Shown piece by piece: positions 9,410-16,034 of a stretch of DNA of 20,000 bases; the first letter of the stretch is position 1; every line of letters begins with the position of its first letter. The notes under the pieces are model-generated. The model made no database searches, was not told the DNA's origin, and saw only the letters and a list, made by a program, of their open reading frames with translations. A program made the position numbers and the translations under genes. The DNA is from an uncultured virus (IMG/VR IMGVR_UViG_3300037400_005412) (Duplodnaviria; Heunggongvirae; Uroviricota; Caudoviricetes), in the IMG/VR virus record IMGVR_UViG_3300037400_005412; one strand, written 5' to 3'.

Positions 9410-9586
9410 ATGACTTACGAAGAAATGTACGATCTGCTGGCCGATGTTCTCGGAATTGATGAAAATGCCCTTGATCTGGCTTTTGCCATTGGCGGATGTA
9501 ACGAAGAAACCGCCGAAAGAATTTTGTTCTACTACACTGGCTGGCATTCCTTTGAGGGCTGGCTGGGCGAACAGGAAGAGGACTGA
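9410..9586 (+). CDS. Highly acidic small protein, 58 aa
   Basis: MTYEEMYDLLADVLGIDENALDLAFAIGGCNEETAERILFYYTGWHSFEGWLGEQEED; promoter 9349, AAGGAG RBS. Confidence 0.85.
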   Translation: MTYEEMYDLLADVLGIDENALDLAFAIGGCNEETAERILFYYTGWHSFEGWLGEQEED

Positions 9587-9688
9587 AAGAGTCCTCTTTT
9601 GCCCGGGCAAAAGTTACAAAAGAAAGACATTGACAAATAAAATAAAGTATGGTATTATAATACCAGAAAGAACAAAGGAGATAAAAAA

Positions 9689-9880
9689 ATGAAAAACTAT
9701 AATAACATGAGCTGTGCTGAACTGCGGCGGCAACTGAACCAGATCGACAATGACCTGCGGAACTTCCCCACTATGAGCCAAATTGAAAAAAACCGCCTGA
9801 CCTATGAGCGGATGAAAGTCAACGGCATTCTGCGCCACAAGATCACAGAAATCCTTGATGAATGTGATGAAAAGGCTTGA
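9689..9880 (+). CDS. Hypothetical helical/coiled-coil protein, 63 aa
   Basis: Promoter 9630, RBS; the TGA stop lies inside the next TTGACA. Confidence 0.82.
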   Translation: MKNYNNMSCAELRRQLNQIDNDLRNFPTMSQIEKNRLTYERMKVNGILRHKITEILDECDEKA

Positions 9881-9937
9881 CAAATAAAACAAAGTATGCT
9901 ATAATAAAGGTACAAAAAAGAAAAGGAGAATAAAAAA

Positions 9938-10075
9938 ATGAAAAAGTTTGAAACCAAAATCACTCGTGATAATGCCGATGTAAAGTGCATTGTTGAAGCC
10001 ATTGATAAAGAACATGCAGCCCGCCGCTTCTTTGAGATTCTTGGAGAGCATGGCCTGAAAATCAAGGAACTGTAA
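9938..10075 (+). CDS. Hypothetical protein, 45 aa
   Basis: MKKFETKITRDNADVKCIVEAIDKEHAARRFFEILGEHGLKIKEL; promoter, RBS, stop hairpin plus T-run. Confidence 0.8.
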   Translation: MKKFETKITRDNADVKCIVEAIDKEHAARRFFEILGEHGLKIKEL

Positions 10076-10222
10076 AAAGTTCCTTGATTTTTTTATGCCA
10101 AAAATACTTTAAAAATTTTAAGTAAAAACCGCAAAAAATCTCTTGACAAATCGCCCGGTTTATGGTATTATAATACCAGAAAGAGGGAAGGAAAACCCCA
10201 CAAACCAGAAAGGAAAAGAAAA

Positions 10223-10414
10223 ATGTTTTATTGTTATGTTGGTGGTTATGATTGTTCTGCTGAGGTTATCCGCGAAGAAGGTTGGAAGTGTGAAGCGGTT
10301 TTCGCAACTTTGCAAGAAGCATTTGATTATTGTGAAGAACATGCTTGCTATGATGATACTGGTTGGATAGAACATAATGGAGATATTCGCCAATTCTTTG
10401 ATTGGGAACTATAA
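10223..10414 (+). CDS. Acidic Cys-containing small protein, 63 aa
   Basis: Promoter 10143, leader hairpin, RBS, downstream terminator. Confidence 0.82.
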   Translation: MFYCYVGGYDCSAEVIREEGWKCEAVFATLQEAFDYCEEHACYDDTGWIEHNGDIRQFFDWEL

Positions 10415-10500
10415 TCAAGAGCCAAAAAGACTCTTGATTTTTTTTAAAAAAAATTGAAAAAATGCTTGACAAATCGCCCGGGCAGTGCTATAATGTAATC

Positions 10501-10548
10501 ACAGGTTGAGGGAAACCGCACTCGGGCAGAAGAGGGGGAGGACTGACT
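10501..10548 (+). ncRNA. Candidate small RNA, GAGGGA-loop family, copy 4
   Basis: Promoter 10466; GGTT-GAGGGA-AACC hairpin; near-identical to copy 1. Confidence 0.6.
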
Positions 10549-10653
10549 TTAAGTTACAAAACAGTAACAAATAGTTCCAAAAGAAAATTGTTGACATAAT
10601 ACAGTTGACATGCTATAATAATACCAGAAGTTAAGAAAGAGAGGAAAAAAGAA

Positions 10654-10734
10654 ATGTATCAAACTGCTATTGCCGCCGTCCTTGTTATTGTCTTTGTTGT
10701 AGCTATTGCCGCAATTTATTTGAATAATTTATAA
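10654..10734 (+). CDS. Single-TM micropeptide, 26 aa
   Basis: MYQTAIAAVLVIVFVVAIAAIYLNNL; promoter 10591, GAGG RBS. Confidence 0.7.
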   Translation: MYQTAIAAVLVIVFVVAIAAIYLNNL

Positions 10735-10823
10735 AAAAGACTTGACAAGCCCGGATACTTGTGTTATACTACAATCAGAAAGCGGGAAGGAAAACCTGCA
10801 CAAACCAGAAAGGAAAAAAGAAA

Positions 10824-11144
10824 ATGCCGCCCATTGATATTAATAATCTTAGCTATCATGTCCGTATGGATAGAAAAGAAAGACTGGTACAAATTAAATC
10901 TATTGGAATTGGCGCCCCGATTGCTAATAAAGAAGAAACCAAAGATGGTCGAAAAGTTATGAAAACTCTCACTTCTACTGGAATAATGGTGATTAGAGCA
11001 GTAGAAAGTAACATGATTATTACCATGTATCTTGCTGATTTCGATCAAGCAGAAAAAATGTTTAGAAAACAGTATGGATTGAAACTTCCAAAAGACATCG
11101 GAAATAAAATTAAATTAAATAACATCATGTTCCCCGCTAATTAA
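10824..11144 (+). CDS. Hypothetical basic protein, 106 aa
   Basis: Promoter 10742, leader hairpin, AAAGGA RBS, ATG 10824. Confidence 0.82.
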   Translation: MPPIDINNLSYHVRMDRKERLVQIKSIGIGAPIANKEETKDGRKVMKTLTSTGIMVIRAVESNMIITMYLADFDQAEKMFRKQYGLKLPKDIGNKIKLNNIMFPAN

Positions 11145-11215
11145 TGCGGGGACTTGATTTTTATAAAAAAAAATAGTATAATAATTATAGAAAAATAAAT
11201 AAAGGAGGTTTTAAG

Positions 11216-11332
11216 ATGTCTTTAGAGCTTGCCCGGGCATTGCTTGTGATTGCAAAATATTGCGCTTCTTGTGATGATTGTAGCGCTTGCCCACTTCATG
11301 ACATTTGCGGAAAAATTCCACTTGAATGGTAA
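11216..11332 (+). CDS. Cys-rich micropeptide, 38 aa (CxxCxxCxxCP...C)
   Basis: MSLELARALLVIAKYCASCDDCSACPLHDICGKIPLEW; AAGGAGGT RBS. Confidence 0.78.
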   Translation: MSLELARALLVIAKYCASCDDCSACPLHDICGKIPLEW

Positions 11333-11527
11333 TTAACGCAAAGAGCCGACATTCCCAAGGTCGGTTCGCACTTTCACACGCTAAAGGGCTGAAGAATTTT
11401 CGGCGGGCAAGGCAAGGCAAAAATAATTTATATTTTTTTCCTAAAACCTATTGACATTTTAGAACCTATGTGCTATACTATAATTGTTCCAAGAGAGAAT
11501 AACAAAATAAAAAAGGAGAATAAAACT

Positions 11528-11710
11528 ATGTACAATGTGCGCTTTACTGACACTATTCACGGTGAGACTGAGGAAAACTTTGACAGCTATGATGCAGCCA
11601 TGGAGTACTGGAATGACTATGCTGATACTGAGTCTTGTGTGGCTGGGGTTATGATGGATTTGGATAATTGCGAAATTATCTGGAACTTTGACGATCGAGA
11701 GGTCGAATAA
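11528..11710 (+). CDS. Highly acidic small protein, 60 aa
   Basis: Promoter 11451, AAGGAG RBS, ATG 11528. Confidence 0.85.
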   Translation: MYNVRFTDTIHGETEENFDSYDAAMEYWNDYADTESCVAGVMMDLDNCEIIWNFDDREVE

Positions 11711-11787
11711 AAAAATATAAAAAGGGGCTTGACAAACAAGCCCCTTTGTGCTATTATAATACCAGAAAAGGAAAGGGGAATAAAAAA

Positions 11788-11967
11788 ATGACTACTTACA
11801 GAGAAAACCTGCTTGACCGCATGATCCACATTTACGGGATGGAAGCTCCAATCGTAATTCAGTTTGCCGGAATGTGTGAAAGATATGAGAATAACGCTTT
11901 TAATGATGACATTTTGCGGCTGTTGGTGGAAGCTCACGAAGCTGACCCAGTTTTTGAGGAAGATTAA
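11788..11967 (+). CDS. Acidic small protein, 59 aa
   Basis: Promoter 11729, RBS, stop in hairpin. Confidence 0.82.
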   Translation: MTTYRENLLDRMIHIYGMEAPIVIQFAGMCERYENNAFNDDILRLLVEAHEADPVFEED

Positions 11968-12073
11968 AAATCTTCCTCAAATGCCCGGGCGGAAAAGTTA
12001 CAAAAGAAAGACATTGACAAATAAATCATGATGTGTTATAATAAAGGCGCAAAAAGAAAAGGAGAACAAAACA

Positions 12074-12511
12074 ATGAATAAAGTTTTTAAGAAAATAGAC
12101 GCATGGACTGAGCCTGTACGCGATTGGTGGTTTTGGAATTGGGAAGTTGCTGTAACAATAATTTTTGTAGTGGCTATCCTTATTGCGGTTGCTGTGTTTG
12201 GTCTATGGGCTTCTAGTGCTTTCTATGAAGAAGTAGAAAATTATGACTTCACCGCACAAGTGTATGATAAAGACCATTATACTACTCATTCAGTAAGTTA
12301 TATTACTTCTGGTAAATCTCGCATCCCTGTCTACCATACCCATCACCATTACAAAATAATGTGGGAAGATGTGGGAGAACGTGGGGCGCTTGAAATCGGT
12401 GAAGATCATTATAATTTAATTAAAATAGGTGATTTTGTAAATATTCATTGTTCTGTGAGAGCAGATAAGCAAGGGGAATTACATTATTATTATAGTTTCA
12501 AGGGATATTAA
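12074..12511 (+). CDS. Membrane-anchored protein, 145 aa (one TM helix followed by a soluble beta-rich domain)
   Basis: Promoter 12014, RBS, hydrophobic VAVTIIFVVAILIAVAVFGLWA segment. Confidence 0.85.
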   Translation: MNKVFKKIDAWTEPVRDWWFWNWEVAVTIIFVVAILIAVAVFGLWASSAFYEEVENYDFTAQVYDKDHYTTHSVSYITSGKSRIPVYHTHHHYKIMWEDVGERGALEIGEDHYNLIKIGDFVNIHCSVRADKQGELHYYYSFKGY

Positions 12512-12575
12512 AATCCCTTGAAATTTTTTTCAAAAAGGGCTTGACAAATCGCCCGGGCTATGGTATATTATAGTC

Positions 12576-12624
12576 ACAGGCGGAGGGACGCCACACTCGG
12601 GTAGTAGAGGGGGAGGCTTTTTTT
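12576..12624 (+). ncRNA. Candidate small RNA, GAGGGA-loop family, copy 5
   Basis: Promoter 12541; GGCG-GAGGGA-CGCC hairpin; ends in a T-run. Confidence 0.6.
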
Positions 12625-12760
12625 ATTTGGAGAATGTGTGGGAGGTTGCCCGGGCGGCGGCAAAAGAAAAACAAAAAGTTACAAAAGAAAAACATTGACA
12701 AGTAACCAGAAGTATGGTATATTATAATCACAAAAGGAAAAGAAAAGGAGATCAAAAAAA

Positions 12761-13039
12761 ATGTCTGGATTTTATGAACTTAAATGTGTTGATACTCTTG
12801 GTTTTTCTGTCTACTATTACTTTTATAGCCCTCGCGCTATCCGCAATCCAAAAGGCGCTTTGAAATCTGGTTATGCCCCTGATAAAGTGCGGCTTTTGGT
12901 AGAAGACCGAGAAGACACCCCTTGCGGGATTCGCTTTATGCACAATCCTTTTGAATACATCTATTTGAAGTATTTCAAAAAAACTGGGACTTTCAAGTTT
13001 AGCGGTTATCGTCTTGATTGGGAAAAAGAGGAATTTTAA
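12761..13039 (+). CDS. Hypothetical early protein, 92 aa
   Basis: Promoter 12695, AAGGAG RBS, stop hairpin. Confidence 0.85.
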   Translation: MSGFYELKCVDTLGFSVYYYFYSPRAIRNPKGALKSGYAPDKVRLLVEDREDTPCGIRFMHNPFEYIYLKYFKKTGTFKFSGYRLDWEKEEF

Positions 13040-13131
13040 AAAAAATTCCTCTTTTTAAAAAAAAGGCTTGACAAATACATCCGGATGTGATATATTATAA
13101 TTACAAAAGGAAAAGAAAAGGAGAATAAAAA

Positions 13132-13320
13132 ATGTTTATTGTTATTCTTAAAATTATCGCTGTTATTGCTGTCATTCGTTTCGTTGGTGGTGTGATCGAA
13201 ATAGTGATGAAAAATTTGTTTCTTGAAATTGAGTCAAGACGTTATGACAACGACCCTCAGCGCAAACAGAAGATCGAAGAAATGCGAAAAAGAATTGAAG
13301 AAAATTCAAAAAGGGCTTGA
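13132..13320 (+). CDS. Small membrane protein, 62 aa
   Basis: N-terminal hydrophobic helix and charged tail; TGA overlaps the next -35. Confidence 0.82.
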   Translation: MFIVILKIIAVIAVIRFVGGVIEIVMKNLFLEIESRRYDNDPQRKQKIEEMRKRIEENSKRA

Positions 13321-13375
13321 CAAAATAGCCCCTTTATGATACAATACCAATAGAAACAGAAAAGGAGAAATAAAA

Positions 13376-13495
13376 ATGATGTATGACATTTATCCCTGTG
13401 ATCTCGATCCCTTTGGCGAATGCCCGAAGCGGTGTCAGGACTGTGCCCATTGTGTGGGCTGGTTCATGGATGAACCAGAGGACGAAGAAAATTAA
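13376..13495 (+). CDS. Cys-rich acidic micropeptide, 39 aa
   Basis: MMYDIYPCDLDPFGECPKRCQDCAHCVGWFMDEPEDEEN; promoter 13317, AAGGAG RBS. Confidence 0.78.
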   Translation: MMYDIYPCDLDPFGECPKRCQDCAHCVGWFMDEPEDEEN

Positions 13496-13538
13496 AAAAG
13501 GTCTTGACAGGACGCAAATCCTGTGATATAATAAAGAT

Positions 13539-13810
13539 ACAAAAGGGGAAGGAAAACCCCACAAACCTCTGAGCTGGCCCAGCGAAATGGTACAGAGTGA
13601 GCATGAACACTTTGTCAAAAAATGCCGTGAACTGTGAATGAGAAATAGCAGGTGAGGTTAAGGTCTTACAGCACACCGCCGACCAAGACGCGAAAGGGCG
13701 GGAGTGGGAGAGCAAACTCCCAAACAGAACACAAAACCGTGAGAGCGAGAGAGACACGAAATAACCGCTCAGGATGGCAACCTTAAACCCCCGCTGTGAG
13801 TGGGGTTTTA
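13539..13810 (+). ncRNA. Candidate ~270-nt structured non-coding RNA, family not recognised
   Basis: Promoter 13504-13532 and terminator ~13785-13810; no RBS-led ORF; several local and long-range complementary segments. Confidence 0.6.
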
Positions 13811-13884
13811 AATAACCAAAAAAAGGTCTTGACAGGATGTAAATCCTGTGCTATAATAAAGACACAATAAAGGAGATAAAAACA

Positions 13885-13965
13885 ATGAAAGCACGACCGC
13901 CGCCCACAAGGGCATGTGATTGGATTACTAGTAATTAGATGGTAATGTATAGGAGAATAGACTAA
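13885..13965 (+). CDS. Micropeptide MKARPPPTRACDWITSN(*/Q)MVMYRRID: 17 aa in code 11 or 26 aa in code 15
   Basis: Promoter 13829, AAGGAG RBS, ATG 13885, in-frame TAG at 13936, TAA at 13963 overlapping the next ATG. Confidence 0.55.
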
Positions 13966-14188
13966 TGAATAGAATCAGAGACGAGACGTAAAACCTGATA
14001 ATGATAGTATAATGATGGAATAGAATGATAGTAATAAAATAGAATAAAGGCAAATGTCAAGAGGCGGCTCGGTTGGAGGTTGGGAGTAGCCGAAAAAATT
14101 TTTCAAAGAAATTTGAAAAACCCTCTTGACAAATCGCCCGAGCTGTGGTAATATATAATCACAAAGAGAAAACAAGGAGGAAAACAAA

Positions 14189-14299
14189 ATGACTAATGAC
14201 TACTGGGAAGCACACGAAGCCGAATGGCTCGCCGCTCAGGAGTGTATGGAATGGCTCCTGTTTGAGGCCGACATGGCCACAGACCCCTACCGGAATTAA
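14189..14299 (+). CDS. Acidic aromatic-rich peptide, 36 aa (paralog family A)
   Basis: MTNDYWEAHEAEWLAAQECMEWLLFEADMATDPYRN; AAGGAGG RBS; stop in hairpin. Confidence 0.85.
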   Translation: MTNDYWEAHEAEWLAAQECMEWLLFEADMATDPYRN

Positions 14300-14388
14300 A
14301 ATCCGGTAGGGAAAAATAAAAAAAGTAGTTGACAAATCCAAAAGTATATGATATAATTAAGACACAAAGAGAAAAGGAGATAAAAAAA

Positions 14389-14721
14389 ATGCTTAATAGT
14401 ACTCGTAAAGTTCTTGAACAGGTTGCCGCCGACTGGATGGGCAAAGACCGCGACTGGGAGACTTGGGAACATATGTTCGATTCTCGTGGACACAATATGT
14501 TTGGGACTGTTTATGCTATATCCTATTCTACTTTCCGTAAATATTCGACTTTAGAAAAAGTTGAAACCTTTGTTCCTGTGACTGTTGAAGAACTTGTCGA
14601 TCTGCTTAATGACTGCGCTGGGAATGACCTCTATGGGGCTTCTTGGGAGTATGTCATGCGGGACGGCTTGCCGTATGAACGGGTAATCACCTATCGGCTT
14701 GTAAAAATTAATTTCGATTAA
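14389..14721 (+). CDS. Hypothetical early protein, 110 aa
   Basis: Promoter 14329, AAGGAG RBS, ATG 14389. Confidence 0.85.
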   Translation: MLNSTRKVLEQVAADWMGKDRDWETWEHMFDSRGHNMFGTVYAISYSTFRKYSTLEKVETFVPVTVEELVDLLNDCAGNDLYGASWEYVMRDGLPYERVITYRLVKINFD

Positions 14722-14793
14722 AAGCAAAAGGGGCTTGACAAACCCAAGCCCCTATGGTATAATACAATCAGAAACAACAAGGAGGATAAAAAA

Positions 14794-14934
14794 ATGTACG
14801 AATACACAATCCGTTATTTGGAAAATGGTGAAGAAGATTACCTTTATGGATACAGCGAACGCGATCTGATTAAGCGCTATCCTGAAATCCCCCGCAGTAT
14901 GTATGTGATTGTAAGCCGCGAGTATATAGACTAA
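14794..14934 (+). CDS. Tyr-rich small protein, 46 aa
   Basis: MYEYTIRYLENGEEDYLYGYSERDLIKRYPEIPRSMYVIVSREYID; AAGGAGG RBS; terminator follows. Confidence 0.8.
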   Translation: MYEYTIRYLENGEEDYLYGYSERDLIKRYPEIPRSMYVIVSREYID

Positions 14935-14964
14935 ACCCCACCACAAGTAGGGTTTATTTTTTTT

Positions 14965-15093
14965 TGCATAAATACGCGCGCACTATGAATGAATATTCAT
15001 TCATTATAAATAAATAATTATGCATTCGGCGCACCGTCTTCCAGCCGCCGCGCAGCGTGTTTCTATTATACCACATGCCGGCAATTTTGTCAA
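14965..15093. promoter_or_regulatory. ARG-box-like palindromes plus an antisense promoter
   Basis: TGAAT-N4-ATTCA and TAAAT-N4-ATGCA at ~14986-15025; - strand TTGACA (15093-15088), 17 bp, TATAAT (15070-15065). Confidence 0.6.
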
Positions 15094-15252
15094 GCATTTT
15101 TTATTCATCAAAGTGCACAAATTTTTTTCCTGAAATGAATAATAAATAATTACCCAGGAGGGATGAATAAAAAATTTTTTTCAAAAAAGTATTGACAAAT
15201 GCCCGGTCATTTGCTATAATCAATATAGAAATTAAGAGAGGGGAACAAAAAA

Positions 15253-15687
15253 ATGTACACTATCACTTATACCAATATCATTACCTGTAAGACCAATGGC
15301 GATACCATCCAGCAGACCGTTAACTTTTATCATACTGGTAAGATCGAACGCCACGACAGCCGCCCTTGGTATGAGGAAAGCGACATTGAAGAAATTGCTG
15401 GAAGCGTTAAGTCCAGCGGCTTCAGCCTTGCTGACGGTCGCACGAATTGCGGCGAGACTCTGGAGGAGAAGTGGAGCGACTTCCGCGCCCGCACTGCTTC
15501 CCGTGTGTTCATTTATGTGACCGCTGAAAATATTGGGTACTATATGGACATTGATGAGTTTGAAAGTTTTGTGAAAACTTGGTGCTATATTTCCCGCGAA
15601 TCCGCAAAAAATGGCGGACGTTCCAAGGTCAGATGTAAGCATGAAAGCCAGAAAATGCGTAACTGGCTGGCACATAGAGCGGCTTAA
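15253..15687 (+). CDS. Hypothetical early protein, 144 aa
   Basis: Promoter 15192, GAGGGG RBS, stop hairpin. Confidence 0.85.
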   Translation: MYTITYTNIITCKTNGDTIQQTVNFYHTGKIERHDSRPWYEESDIEEIAGSVKSSGFSLADGRTNCGETLEEKWSDFRARTASRVFIYVTAENIGYYMDIDEFESFVKTWCYISRESAKNGGRSKVRCKHESQKMRNWLAHRAA

Positions 15688-15780
15688 AAAAAGTCGCTCT
15701 AAAATGAAAAAAAGTATTGATAAGCTCGGTTATATTTGTTATAATGAATCCAGAAAGAGATAAGAAAGGAAGTAAAAAAA

Positions 15781-15999
15781 ATGAAAAAGTTCGTTTATCA
15801 GGTAGCAGGTTTTGAGTATATCGGTTATGAGGCTTTCGGCGCTGCGTGGAAGCAGGCCAGAGCCAAGGCAACTGAACTCCACGTAGGTATTTATCGTCTG
15901 GTTATCAAGGGCGATATCATCAAGCAGGAAGTGCTGGTAAATGGCGGGTGCTTCCTCACCGTGGAGTATGCCAAGCCCGAGCAGGTGCTCATCTTTTAA
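15781..15999 (+). CDS. Hypothetical protein, 72 aa (paralog of 7522-7743)
   Basis: Promoter, RBS, clear paralogy. Confidence 0.88.
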   Translation: MKKFVYQVAGFEYIGYEAFGAAWKQARAKATELHVGIYRLVIKGDIIKQEVLVNGGCFLTVEYAKPEQVLIF

Positions 16000-16034
16000 G
16001 GGACTTGAATAAAGTCCCATTTTTTTTGACCATT

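Noticed and set aside
13570..13785. SAM-I riboswitch, RNase P or tmRNA identity for the structured RNA
   Set aside because: Only short fragments resemble them (CTGGCCC..GAAA, GGCAACC, ACAGAAC). Core consensus elements and their order are missing, and there are no tRNA-like ends.
13925..14045. TRAP-binding (G/U)AG repeat array
   Set aside because: The triplets are mostly 7 or more nt apart rather than having the 2-nt spacers TRAP prefers.
5350..15190. CodY boxes in AATTTTTTTGAAAAAAT tracts
   Set aside because: They cannot be distinguished from A/T-tract UP elements upstream of -35 hexamers.
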